Below, in pieces: positions 42,951 to 53,637 of a DNA stretch of 64,000 bases (within the stretch, counting starts at the first letter, position 1; each line of letters begins with the position of its first letter). The translations under genes and the position numbers were made by a program. The stretch covers positions 128,001 to 192,000 of the forward strand of contig CAVXEP010000016.1 in the NCBI GenBank assembly GCA_963760795.1, read 5' to 3'. The DNA is from an uncultured delta proteobacterium. Lineage in GTDB: Bacteria; Desulfobacterota; Binatia; UBA9968. The notes below the pieces were generated by a model. That model saw nothing but the letters and a program-made list of their open reading frames with translations, was not told the origin of the DNA and did not search any database.

Positions 42951-43493
42951 TCACGCCAACGGCTTCTTGCCGTCGGGCACCTCCACGTCGAAGGCGTTGA
43001 GGGTGAGCGCCACCATGGCGTAGAAGCCCACGCCGGAGACGAGCTCGACCATTTGCTGTTCGCCGAACAGCGCCATGCCGCGGCCGAAAGTTGTATCCGA
43101 AAGTCGCTGGGTGGTGTTGAGCTCCAGAGTAATATCGTAAACCAACCGCTCGTCTTCACGGGTAAAGTCCGGCGTGCGCCGGTCGCGGATCGCTTCGACA
43201 ATCTCGCGCGAGATCCCATGCTGCAACGCATGGGGCTCGTGGATGTGCCAGGCATACTGCGCGCCGGCGCAGCGCGCCGCCACCAAGATCATCAACTGGA
43301 TCAGGCGCCGCTCCATCTGCACCCTCGACGCGAACATGTCTTGCAGCTTTAGAGCACCCTCGGCGAGCTCGGCATTGCGCAGCCACACCGCGAACGGCCC
43401 GCGCACCCTTCCGCGCACGCGCATGATGTCGTCGTAAATAACTTTTTGTTGCGGCGAAAGTTTCGCTTCGTCTAGCTCGGGTAGTCGTGGCAT
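42951..43493 (-). CDS. Carboxymuconolactone decarboxylase/AhpD-like protein
   Basis: RGPFAVWL, YAWHIH and VELVSGVGFY motifs. Confidence 0.88.
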   Translation of the reverse strand: MPRLPELDEAKLSPQQKVIYDDIMRVRGRVRGPFAVWLRNAELAEGALKLQDMFASRVQMERRLIQLMILVAARCAGAQYAWHIHEPHALQHGISREIVEAIRDRRTPDFTREDERLVYDITLELNTTQRLSDTTFGRGMALFGEQQMVELVSGVGFYAMVALTLNAFDVEVPDGKKPLA

Positions 43494-43694
43494 GGTTATC
43501 CTCCGGTAGGTGATTTGGCTATCTTTTTTAGCACAACTGGCTCGTCAATCGTTAGCTCGACTGCATGGATGAAACGGAAGCTAGTTTTGCATTATCCATG
43601 TCAATTCTCCATTGGCATTTTTTTGCTCTTGTAATTTTATCGTACTGGTTATAATCGAGTCTAAATCTTCACAGTACAGCGGGAGGAGAGAGCG

Positions 43695-45426
43695 ATGGCA
43701 CAAGCAGGAGCGAATAGCTGGGATCTCGAAGCGGATGTTGTGGTGATCGGTTCAGGAGCGGCGGGCTTGCCGGCGGCGGTCAAAGCCCGCGATGAGGGTT
43801 GTTCGGTAATCGTCGTCGAAGCTAACTACGACATCGGCGGCCATGCGATCATTAGCGGCGGCAATGTGCCGCTCGGCGGCGGCACCAGTGCGCAGAAGAA
43901 ATACGGCATCGCCGATTCTCCCGATACGGTATTCTCCGATCTCACCGACTGGACCGTGGTGCAAAACAATGGCTCGCCGGATTTCCGCTACAATGACCGC
44001 GAAGTCATGCGCGCCTTTGCCGATCATTGTGCGCCGACCTATGAATTTCTCATCGGCAACGGCGTCGAGTTCAAACCGATCCCGCCCGACAATCAAGGCG
44101 GTCACAACTTGGGTAATTCCGCGCCGCGCGAGAATCACGCCTTTTGGACCAAAGGCGCCGGCTACGAAAGTCCGAACAACCGGCCAGGCACGGGCGTGAT
44201 CCGGCCGCTGGAAAACAGCGCGCGCAAGAAGGGCGCGAAGTTTTTGCTCAATTACAAGATGACCGGTTTCGTCCGCGAAGGGCAGAAGAGCGGCGCGGTA
44301 CTCGGCATCAACGCCGAGTACACGCCGCGGATCATGCCGGGACAATCGACGCCATTGAAGAGCTTTCGTTCCGACGGCAATATCGACAGCACCCAACCGA
44401 CCCTGCGCATCCGCGCCAAGAAAGGCGTGATCGTCGCCACCGGCGGCATGACCAGCGACGTGAACTTCCGGCGCATGTTCGATCCGCGTCTGACCGAAGT
44501 GCTGACCGTCGCCGGCGAACCCTACAGCTATCAGGACGCCAGCGGCGAGCGCGCCGCCTTGGAGATCGGCGCGTCGCTGTGGGGTTTGGTGAACCAGACC
44601 TTGGAGAACGGCGATAACATTCGTTGCCAACGGGTGCTCGGCACCAAATGGAATTACATGACTTGGGAGTTCGAAAGTCCGATCTTCCCGCTGGTGCGCG
44701 CGCAAGGATTGAGCTTAAAAGATTGGCAGAATCTGATCTTGGTGAACCAGGTTGGCAAGCGCTTCTACGACGAGACCAAGGGCGACTATCCGCATGGCAA
44801 TGTCTGTGGCGATATCGATCCCTACACGCCCAACGATTATCGCAACAACGAAAACATTCACTACCATCCGAGCAATTACAACTTTTTCAACGCCGCCGTG
44901 GCGATGAATGAATACTCGGAGCCGCCGGAATATTCCGCCGGGCCGATTTGGGCGATCTTCGACTCAGAGGCGGTGGCGCGCAACCAGTGGAACGTCGAGC
45001 CGCCCTACGTCGATCCCGACGGCTACTTCTTCAGCGCCAATACGCTGAAAGAGCTGGCCGTCAAGATCAAGAACGAGTTTCAAGCTAAGCCGATGAAAGG
45101 CGAAGTCTTGGAAGCCACCGTGGCGCGCTACAACTCCTTTGTCGATGCCGGCAAAGACGAAGACTTCGGCAAGCCGTCGCCCAAGTACAAAATCGCAAAA
45201 GCCGCCGTTCTACGCCGCCTGGAGCACGCCCAACGTGCATGACACCCGCTCCGGCTTGCGCATCAACGCCAAATGCCAAGTCCTGGATATGAACGGCCAA
45301 GTCATTCCCGGCCTCTACTGTGCCGGCGAAAGCGCCGGCGGCTTCAACCAACATGGCTTGGGCCGCTGCACGACCCAGGGGTTTATTTCAGGGATGAACG
45401 CGGCGAAGGAGCCGAGTAGGGGATAA
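43695..45426 (+). CDS. FAD-dependent oxidoreductase (flavocytochrome c/fumarate reductase/KstD family); frameshift near 45195
   Basis: DVVVIGSGAAG, VIVATGG, LVNQVGKRF, DEDFGK and then PPFYAA...GLRIN...IPGLYCAGE. Confidence 0.9.
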
Positions 45427-45537
45427 GGAAGAAATTTCCGAAATGGGTTGGTACAAGCGGGGCCGGGTGCGCAGCACCGGCCCCGTCGAGTTTCATGCTC
45501 ACACCTCGCATTTGTCTGTGATTTGTCATTTCCTACG

Positions 45538-46032
45538 ATGAATTCCTATTGCCTCGATCCCTGCGAAGAAAATCAGTTTCTCGTCGACCACGTCGCGCTT
45601 TTACTCGCCAGTCTTCGGCGCTGGACAGGGCGCGACCTAGTCGACCCAGAGTTGCCGATAGCCGAGCAGGCAAGGCGGATATTTTATGCACCGTTTGCGG
45701 TTTTGTCCCATGACACCGCAGCCGATCCGATTCTGAACTATGGCAACCGCGCCGGCATGCAGCTCTTCGAGCTTAGCTGGGCTGAGTTGACGCAAACGCC
45801 ATCGCGCTTGACCGCTGAGCCGGTGCATCGTGACCAACGGGCGCGCTTGCTCGATGCGGTGACCCGCGATGGCTTCATTGACGACTATCGCGGTATTCGC
45901 ATTTCCAAAACCGGGCGGCGATTTTTGATTGAGAACGCGACGGTGTGGAACCTTCTCGACGAAAATGGTGCGCACTACGGCCAGGCGGCGACGTTTAGCG
46001 CGTGGAAGTATGTCGATGCCGAAGGCACATGA
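45538..46032 (+). CDS. MEKHLA domain (PAS-like) protein
   Basis: APFAVLSH...DPILNYGN, PSRLTAE, YRGIRISKTGRRF.I...VWNL...GQAATF. Confidence 0.92.
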   Translation: MNSYCLDPCEENQFLVDHVALLLASLRRWTGRDLVDPELPIAEQARRIFYAPFAVLSHDTAADPILNYGNRAGMQLFELSWAELTQTPSRLTAEPVHRDQRARLLDAVTRDGFIDDYRGIRISKTGRRFLIENATVWNLLDENGAHYGQAATFSAWKYVDAEGT

Positions 46033-47510
46033 TCATGGATGAGATAAGCTTCGTCGATACTACGCTGCGTGATGGCCATCAGAGTTTGTGGGCCGAAGGA
46101 ATGCTGACCGGGATGATTCTGCCGATCGCCGATCGCCTGGACCAGGCTGGGTTCGAAGCCATCGAACTCGTCGCGCCGTCGTTTTTCAAAAAAGCTTGCC
46201 GGGAATTTAAGGAAGACATCTGGGAGCGCATTCGACTGGTGCGCCAGCACGTCACCAAGACGCCGCTGCGCGGTATCCGCAATCGCTATATGGCGGGCTT
46301 TCAGGTGACGCCGGCTTGTGCCACCCAGCTGTGGCTGGAGCGGCTCGCCGCCAATGGCATTCGTGAGCTGCGCAGCTCCGATCCGTCCAATAGCCCTGCC
46401 AATTGGGCCGAGATGGTGAGCGCGGCTAATGAAGTGGGTTTAGCGACGATTATCAACCTCACTTTTTCCGAGTCGCCCAAGCATTCGGATGCTTATTACG
46501 TTGGGCGCGCACGGCAGGCGGCGGCGCTGCGACCGGCGCGTATCTGCATCAAAGACCCCGGCGCGCTGTTGACGCCCGATCGAACTCGAACCTTGGTCCC
46601 CGCAGTACTTGGCGCCGTCGACAATGTCCCGGTCGAGTTTCATACCCATTGCATTACCGGGCTTGGGCCCCTGTGCTGCTATGAGGCGATCAAGCTAGGC
46701 ATCCGTTCGATCAATACGGCGATCCCACCGCTAGCCAACGGTTCATCGAACCCGTCGCTGTTCACCGTCGCGCGAAACGCCCGCGCCTTGGGCTATCGCA
46801 CCGCTATCGATGAAGCGGTGCTGAAGCCGGTGGAAGAACATTTCAACTGCATCGCCAAGCGCGAAGGTTTTGCTCCCGGTGAGCCGCGCGAATACGATAG
46901 CTATCACTACCACCATCAAGTTCCCGGCGGGATGATTTCCAACTTTCGTTTTCAGCTTGGCAAACTTGGCATGTCACATCGCGTCGGCGAAGTCTTGGAA
47001 GAGGTTGCCCGGGTGCGCCAGGAGTTAGGCTATCCGATCATGGTCACGCCGTACTCGCAATTCGTCGGCGTCCAGGCGGCGATGAATGTCATTCTCGGCG
47101 AGCGCTACAAGGAATGCACCGACGAAGTGATTCAATACGCCTTGGGAACTTGGGGTGAGGAAGAGAGCTCATCCATCGAAGCGAATGTTAAAGACAGGAT
47201 TCTCAACCGGCCGCGGGCGCGGGAGCTAAAGAATGGTCAAGTGCCGGAGCTCACGCTGCGACAATTTCGCGTCAAGCTGGCTGGCGCCGGAGTATCCGAC
47301 GACGAATTGTTATTGCGCTACTTCGCCGGCAAGGACGATGTCGAACGGATGAAAGGTGCGCCACCGGTGCGCGCGTACTTGAGCGGGCAACGGCCACTGG
47401 TGCTACTGATCGAGGAACTGAGTAAGCAGAAAAAGTTTCGTCAAGTTGTCGTGCAGCGCGGCGATCTGGCGATCCGCCTGGAGCGGCAGGGGAGTGCGGG
47501 CAACCCTTAG
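46029..47510 (+). CDS. Pyruvate carboxylase/oxaloacetate decarboxylase alpha-type carboxyltransferase without biotinyl domain
   Basis: DTTLRDGHQSL, IKDPG, FHTHC, HQVPGGMISN and GYPIMVTPYSQFVG motifs; no AMKM. Confidence 0.9.
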   Translation: MIMDEISFVDTTLRDGHQSLWAEGMLTGMILPIADRLDQAGFEAIELVAPSFFKKACREFKEDIWERIRLVRQHVTKTPLRGIRNRYMAGFQVTPACATQLWLERLAANGIRELRSSDPSNSPANWAEMVSAANEVGLATIINLTFSESPKHSDAYYVGRARQAAALRPARICIKDPGALLTPDRTRTLVPAVLGAVDNVPVEFHTHCITGLGPLCCYEAIKLGIRSINTAIPPLANGSSNPSLFTVARNARALGYRTAIDEAVLKPVEEHFNCIAKREGFAPGEPREYDSYHYHHQVPGGMISNFRFQLGKLGMSHRVGEVLEEVARVRQELGYPIMVTPYSQFVGVQAAMNVILGERYKECTDEVIQYALGTWGEEESSSIEANVKDRILNRPRARELKNGQVPELTLRQFRVKLAGAGVSDDELLLRYFAGKDDVERMKGAPPVRAYLSGQRPLVLLIEELSKQKKFRQVVVQRGDLAIRLERQGSAGNP

Positions 47511-47553
47511 ATCGGTTAGCGCAGCGCTCGTTCCGTTAGATTGGGCGGCAAAG

Positions 47554-48039
47554 TTACGTCGCGGAGCGACCTTCGCGAGAACCGCCGTTGATAGTGGCGC
47601 GCTCTTTATACATGCGCATGGCCATACCGGCGATATCGTTAGCAACCATATCCTCGCTGCGATATCGACCCATGCGGGTTTCGTATTCGATCTTGAAGAT
47701 GCTGCCGTCCGATACGGAATCCGGCGCCGAGATGCGCACTAATTTGGCGTCGATTCGCTCGACGTGGCGGCCGATGGTGCGGAGAATTTCACCCAGACCT
47801 GTGAACTCCACGAACTTGAATCCGGAGCTTCGTGTCTCGATGGCGCGGAATTCCAGGGATTTGAGTTCGAAGGTTGAATATCTGAGATGGATCAGATCGG
47901 TGAAAGGCGGATTCGGATCGCCGCAGACCAGGACATAATCGCCGTCCTCGTAGCGCAAATCGAATATGTCGATGTCTCGCTTCGCGAGCTGTTGGCCGAT
48001 GGTGCGCAGCTCTCGTGCGTGGTTATAACGAGGCACCAT
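47554..48039 (-). CDS. Hypothetical protein with internal LRxIG repeat
   Basis: ARELRTIGQQLAKRDIDIFDL ... GEILRTIGRHVERID; resembles 51707..52212. Confidence 0.65.
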   Translation of the reverse strand: MVPRYNHARELRTIGQQLAKRDIDIFDLRYEDGDYVLVCGDPNPPFTDLIHLRYSTFELKSLEFRAIETRSSGFKFVEFTGLGEILRTIGRHVERIDAKLVRISAPDSVSDGSIFKIEYETRMGRYRSEDMVANDIAGMAMRMYKERATINGGSREGRSAT

Positions 48040-48225
48040 GAATTGAGCTTTTATCTTATTCGCTCGCCCCCCGCAAGCCGAAAAATTGCGGCGTCGCTTG
48101 GCCGCTAAGTTGAACGGCTGTGCCAATCCGCTAATATCCATTGGCTGCGCTCGGGCGCGGCAATTTTTTTGGGCTACGACGCTTTCCCGCCTCTGCATAA
48201 ACTGGAAAGTGCCGCGCATTCCGGC

Positions 48226-49458
48226 ATGGCCGATCTCAAACCATCAGACCCAACAGAACGGCGCGGCATCTATGCCTACGATCAGTTTCTCACGCTGTAT
48301 TTCCCGGCCTTTGTTTTCGCCCTGGGCTACAGCATCGCGACTCCGGCGATTCCGGTGTTCGCCAAGTCCTTCGACAAGGGCTTCGCCGTCGCTTCGTTGG
48401 TGATCGTCATGCACGCCTTGGGCGGGCTGATCGCCGCCGTACCCAGCGGATTTCTCATCGACCGTATCGGCCGCCGGCCGGTGCTGCTCATCGGCCCGCT
48501 GTTGATGGCGCTGTCGTCGATTCTAACCGCGTTGGCTGGCTCGTTTACGCAGTTACTGGCCTATCGCTTCATCGGCGGCGCGGCCATGGAGATGTGGCGC
48601 CAAGCGCGCTTGGCGATGGTCGCCGATGTCGGTAAACAGCGCCAGCGCGGCCGCCAGATGACCGGCATGATCGGCACCGAAGGGGCAGGGCGGCTGATCG
48701 GCCCGGCGTTGGGCGGCTGCTGGCGAGCTGGAGTATCCGTGTGCCTTTTGTCGTGCATGGTATCTTGTCCGTGCTGGCGATCCTGCCGAGTGTCTTTCTT
48801 ATTGCGCGAGTCGGCGCCCAACCCCAAGGCTAAAAATGGCCCGGACGCGGATAACCACCTGAGTACCCGTGAAATAATCGCCCTGATGTGGGATCGCCAG
48901 TACCGCGGCTTTTTCTGCGCGCAATTTTTTGCCTCGATGACCCGCGGTGTGCTGTGGGGCGGCACCATGTTGCTCTATGCCACCTTCGCCTACGATATCG
49001 GCCCCCAGGGATTGGGTGGTCTGGCGACCATGAGCACCATCGTCGGCATTCCGATTACGCTCTGCTGCGGCTACTTGATGGATCGCTTCGGCCGCAAGAC
49101 CACCATGGTTCCCGGTTTTGCCTTGATGGCGCTGGGCTTGTTTTTTCTCGCCGCCGGCGCCGGTTGGCAGTGGGGCTTTGTTTATTTCATCGGCGGTTTT
49201 CTCTGGGTACATTGCGGCCAGGCGGTCACCGCCGGCAGCATGCAGGTATTGGGCTCGGATATGGCGCCGGCCAACGCCCGTGGGCGCTTCTTTGGCTTCT
49301 GGCGCTTGATCGGTGAGATCGGCGGCTTGGTCAGTCCGGCGGTGTTTGGATTTGTCGCCGATCATGTATCCTACGCAGCGGCGTTTAGCATGACGGCTTT
49401 TTTCGCCTTGATCACTGCGGCGCTGTTGACCTTCTCGGTGAAAGAGACCGTCGGATAG
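48226..49458 (+). CDS. MFS transporter (compensating frameshifts ~48715-48800)
   Basis: GFLIDRIGRRP and GYLMDRFGRK motif A; about 12 TMs; garbled stretch reads LASWSIRVPFVVHG in another frame. Confidence 0.92.
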   Translation: MADLKPSDPTERRGIYAYDQFLTLYFPAFVFALGYSIATPAIPVFAKSFDKGFAVASLVIVMHALGGLIAAVPSGFLIDRIGRRPVLLIGPLLMALSSILTALAGSFTQLLAYRFIGGAAMEMWRQARLAMVADVGKQRQRGRQMTGMIGTEGAGRLIGPALGGCWRAGVSVCLLSCMVSCPCWRSCRVSFLLRESAPNPKAKNGPDADNHLSTREIIALMWDRQYRGFFCAQFFASMTRGVLWGGTMLLYATFAYDIGPQGLGGLATMSTIVGIPITLCCGYLMDRFGRKTTMVPGFALMALGLFFLAAGAGWQWGFVYFIGGFLWVHCGQAVTAGSMQVLGSDMAPANARGRFFGFWRLIGEIGGLVSPAVFGFVADHVSYAAAFSMTAFFALITAALLTFSVKETVG

Positions 49459-49532
49459 AGATCGGGGATGAATGGGCACGAGGATCGTCTATGGCGCTTG
49501 GCTTTCTGACTGGTGGTGAAGTTTGATGAGTT

Positions 49533-49620
49533 CCGTCATGCCGGCGCAGGCCGGCATTCATCTTCGGCTTCGTTTCAAGTTCAAAAAAAGCCTGGATTTC
49601 CGCCTGCGCGGGAATGACGA
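49533..49620. repeat. CGTCAT-type REP doublet between convergent genes
   Basis: cgtcatgccggcgcaggccggcattca ... ctggatttccgcctgcgcgggaatgacg. Confidence 0.75.
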
Positions 49621-49688
49621 AAAAGAGCCAGTCAACTTCTAGTCGACGCAAGCAAAGTCCCTCAGCCCATAACCGAAGGTCGTTCAGT

Positions 49689-50715
49689 TTACTTCAAAAG
49701 CTTGTGCAGCCGGTCGACGGCATCTTTATTTGCCGACATCACTTCCTTTGCCAAGGCTTCGAGATCCTCGCCGCTGGTCGGGTCGATCTCGAGGTTTTTC
49801 TTTTTCGCTTCGGCCAACAGATCGGGATCTTTCAGAGTCTTGGCAAAGGCCTCGCGTAGCAGTTTCGCGCGCTCGGCGGGGATGCCGGGGGTGGCGACGA
49901 TGGGCCGGCCGAAATCGCCGGACGCCAGCGCTAGGCCGGACAATCGGCGCATTCCGTCTGAAACTTTGTACTCATCGAGCAACTCATTGACCGTTGGCAC
50001 GTCGGCCAAGCGCGGATCGCGTTTCCTGCCGGTTTGAACCAGCACGCGGACAAAACCGCGCTTGCGCCAGCTGTGAAACGGCTCGCGGGCGAAAAACGTC
50101 GTCACGGTAAAGCCGCGGCACACCGCTTCGCCGCGCTCGACTGCCAGATCAATTTCCTGACCGCCCTGATAGCCGGTAACTACGGTGAATTTAGTGCCGA
50201 TCGCTTCGTTAAGCAGCTTGACGAGAAAATAGGACGGCGAGCCGGTGCCGGTGGAGCCGCATTTGGGCGGCTCCGTGGCTTTCGTCACATCGTGGATGGT
50301 TTTGTAGGGCGTATCGGCGCGCATGTAAATCAGGTTATTGGAGCTTTCGAAGCTGCCGAGCCAGCCATACTTGCGCCAGTCGAACTTCACTTCCTTGCGG
50401 CCGAGCAGTTGATCGAAGTAGAGCGATGGCAAGATCGAGCCGAAGGTCAGGCCATCGGGCTTGGCGACGTTGTAAACATAATTCGCCGTGATCATGCTCG
50501 ACGCCCCCGGCATATTTTGCACCATCAGCGTGGGATTGCCGGGGATATACTTGCCCATGTAGGTTGCCAACATGCGGGCGTAGGTATCGTAGGCGTCGCC
50601 GGCGGGCAGACCGACGACTATGCGGATCGTCTTGCCCTCGAAAAATGATCCTTGCGCTGACAGCCTGCCAGCGGATAAAACCAATATCAGGAAACGCGAG
50701 AGCGATGGTGTTCAT
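49689..50715 (-). CDS. Bug/TctC-like tripartite tricarboxylate transporter substrate-binding protein; frameshift in signal peptide
   Basis: GKTIRIVVG..AG..YD.YAR, VQNMPGA, AKPDGLT, GYQG...LAVERGE and PGIPAER motifs. Confidence 0.9.
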
Positions 50716-50816
50716 AGCGCAGCTCCTCTTGACCGCTAGGCTAAAGACGGCTGGAGCCTAGCCGAGTGCGCTCGTCTGTGTCAAATTAATTCCAGCGATT
50801 TAAAAGGAGAAAGGCC

Positions 50817-51635
50817 ATGACCGAAAAATTTGAAACCTTATTGCTGACCCGCGATGGCGGCATCACGACAATTACCTTTAATCGTCCGGAAAAACGCAAC
50901 GCCATGAGCCCGCAGTTGCATCGCGACATGTACCAGGTCTTGACCGAACTACGCTACGACAAGCAGACCAAGGTCGTGGTTCTCACCGGCGCGGGGGATA
51001 ATTTCTGCGCCGGTCAAGATTTGAAACAGTACGGCTTGGAGATGGAGTCCCAGCCCGAATGGGTGAAGGACGAAATTCGCGAGAAAGTGCGCAAGTGGCG
51101 CACTGAGCTCCTGCGCACCTTGCCGCAACCGATCATCGCGCGCATCGCCGGCTGGTGTCTGGGCGGTGCGCTCACTGTCACAGTGGGTTGTGACGTGGCG
51201 ATCGCCGCCGATGACGCCAAGTTCGGCCTGCCGGAGGTCAACTTCGGCCATTTTCCCGCCGGCGAAACAACACCGATCTTGGCCAATTATTTACAATCCA
51301 AGCATGGCCTCTATTACGCCTTGTCGGGCAAGATGATGTCGGCTCACGAAGCCGAACGGATCGGTCTGATTTCGCGCGTGGTGCCGCGCGCCGAGCTCGA
51401 TAACGAAGTGAACGAGTTTGCCAATTGCCTCGCCGAGAAGAGCCCGCGGGCGCTAAGAGCCGTTAAAGAGGCATGGTACACGAGTATGAAAGCCTCGCCG
51501 GACGTCGGCTTTGCGATCTCCAACTTTATTTCCGAACGGATCATTCGCGAGCAGGGCGGGCGGCCCGGCCTGGAGCAGTTCGTCGAGAAAAAACTCCGCC
51601 CGGTGTCGGGCACGATGAAACTGGAGAAGGAATGA
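50817..51635 (+). CDS. Enoyl-CoA hydratase/isomerase, hydroxycinnamoyl-CoA hydratase-lyase-like
   Basis: NRPEKRNAMSP, AGQDLK, GWCLGG, FGLPEVNFG and GLEQFVEKKLRP motifs. Confidence 0.85.
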   Translation: MTEKFETLLLTRDGGITTITFNRPEKRNAMSPQLHRDMYQVLTELRYDKQTKVVVLTGAGDNFCAGQDLKQYGLEMESQPEWVKDEIREKVRKWRTELLRTLPQPIIARIAGWCLGGALTVTVGCDVAIAADDAKFGLPEVNFGHFPAGETTPILANYLQSKHGLYYALSGKMMSAHEAERIGLISRVVPRAELDNEVNEFANCLAEKSPRALRAVKEAWYTSMKASPDVGFAISNFISERIIREQGGRPGLEQFVEKKLRPVSGTMKLEKE

Positions 51636-51706
51636 GCCAAACACGAATCTGCGGGGGAAACCGGAGGTGTCTTCAAACCGTAGGCTAATCGGCTATAATT
51701 CTTGAA

Positions 51707-52212
51707 ATGGCACATGCAAAAACCTTCAGAGCGGTCGGTGAGTCGCTCGAATCCCTCGGCGTGCGCACCTTTACTTTAGAAAAGGCCGGGCAAGGCGTCA
51801 CCGTTCGTACCAGCGATCCGCTCGACCCGTCGAAGTTGCCTAAGGCGAATCTTTCGGAAAAGGATTGGGAAATCGAGGCGAGACTCGCGGCGGCAGGCTA
51901 AACTGTTTCGCGAGGATGGCGTGCTGCGCTACGACGCCGACTATATCTCCTGGCTCGAAACCCAAGGCCAGCGCAAACGGCACAATCGATTTTCCCGCGA
52001 GCAGCAAGAAGAGTCTGGCCCAGCTGATGCGCTCTCTCGGCCGCCATCTCGATCGCGTCGAACCCCACAAGTTTCGGATCTCCTGGGGCGATGCAGAAGT
52101 CCATCTCGATTACCAATTGCCTGATGGCAGCCGCATTCAAGAAGTCCTCAACATCGCAAAGCTTGACGAACTGACGATGCGCAGCCGCTACCGCCGGTCG
52201 GCGCGCAAGTAA
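51707..52212 (+). CDS. Hypothetical protein, likely paralog of 47554..48039; frameshift near 51893
   Basis: AKTFRAVGESLESLGVRTFTL ... SLAQLMRSLGRHLDR ... MRSRYRR. Confidence 0.65.
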
Positions 52213-52321
52213 TACCGCCGCCATCTCCGCCGAATTGTCGATTGACTTCGCGCGCGCTTCAAACGTACAACGGACTCGAACCATACGGCTGACGCGTGGA
52301 AACTGCGAGGAGGCGTTGCTT

Positions 52322-53521
52322 ATGGATCGGTAAAGATTCGATTGCTCTCTTTGGCGCTTATGCTTTGGCAATCTGTTGCCAGGCAGCGTTCGCCAATCCC
52401 TTTCCGCCGGCAGATCAGAAACGACCGCCGCTGGTGCTTCAAGCCCATGGCATCTTTTGGGCCGGCGGCGAGATTGTCAATCGCACACAATCCGGCACCG
52501 AGAATAGTCGGCGATCTGAAAAATCTTCCCTACAACCAACAGCAGTATTTGGTCGGCCAAGCCTATGTCGAGTATTTTATTCCGCAGAAACTGCGTAACG
52601 GCAAAAACACCTTGCCGATCGTCATGGTACCGGGCGGCGCTTTGATCGGCGTGCAATTTTCTCACCACGCCGGACGGGCGCGAAGGGTGGGCGCACTATT
52701 TTCTTCGCCGCGGTTTTCCGGTTTATGTCGTCGATGTGCCGGGACGCGGGCGCGCCGGCTTCATGCCCGACGAATTTAACAGACGTGAGAGCGGGGGTTA
52801 CGCGTCGCCGAATAGCCAGACGGAAATCCGCGCCTGGGACAGCTCGGCCTGGCTCGAGTGGAATACCGGGCCGCTGCCGGCACCGACACCGGCCCATGGC
52901 GCCAACGATCCTAGCTGCATCGGCAACGATGGCCGCGATCCCAACAGCGCGCCGGTGTACTGCAACGGCAATTTGATGCCGGCGCTGGATAGCGAAGGCT
53001 ACAAACATTGGCTTGCGGCGTTGGTGCCGGAAGGACCGGTCAAAGGTGGCAGCGACCCGGGTTTACTGGCGGTGATGAAACGAGTCGGCCCAGCGATCTG
53101 GCTCGGCCACTCACAAGCCGGAACTACCGGCGGCCGCCTGAGCAACGAAAACCCGGAGCTATTTAAAGCCGTGATCGGCATCGAGCCTCAGGGCGCCTGC
53201 AATCTGCCGCCGAATGCCAGTCACAAGGGCGTCGCCAAGGTGGCGCAGTTCAGTATTCACGGCATCAACCAGGTCGGCCGACCCGACACCGGCCCTTGCT
53301 TGGATACTTACGCGAAGATCAAAGCGGCTGGCGGCGATGCGACGTATTTGTCCTTACCGAAGCTGCCACGCACGCCGCTCTTCGATCGGATTCCGCAGGC
53401 GGGTATTTGGGGCAACGACCATATCATGATGTGGAACAGCAACAGCGATCAGATCGCCGACCTGGTGCTGAAGTGGATTGAGAAGCATATCGAGAAGAAA
53501 AAAGTGAAGACGCCGTGGTGA
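52322..53521 (+). CDS. Secreted alpha/beta hydrolase (several frameshifts in 5' half)
   Basis: AGGAGG RBS; TTPDGREGWAHYFLRRGFPVYVVDVPGRGR, GHSQAG nucleophile elbow, GIWGNDH. Confidence 0.82.
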
Positions 53522-53566
53522 GTTTGGCCGCTGCATGCGACATAGTGCAGCTTTGAAAGATCTCTT

Positions 53567-53615
53567 CCACCACGAAGGACACGAAGTTCACGAAGTGGGG
53601 TGCGCTTTGCACACC
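53567..53615. repeat. Left arm of CACGAAG repeat followed by GTGG-type REP palindrome
   Basis: ccaccacgaaggacacgaagttcacgaag-tggggtgcgctttgcacacc. Confidence 0.65.
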
Positions 53616-53637
53616 GTTCGGTCTCACTGGAGGTTCT

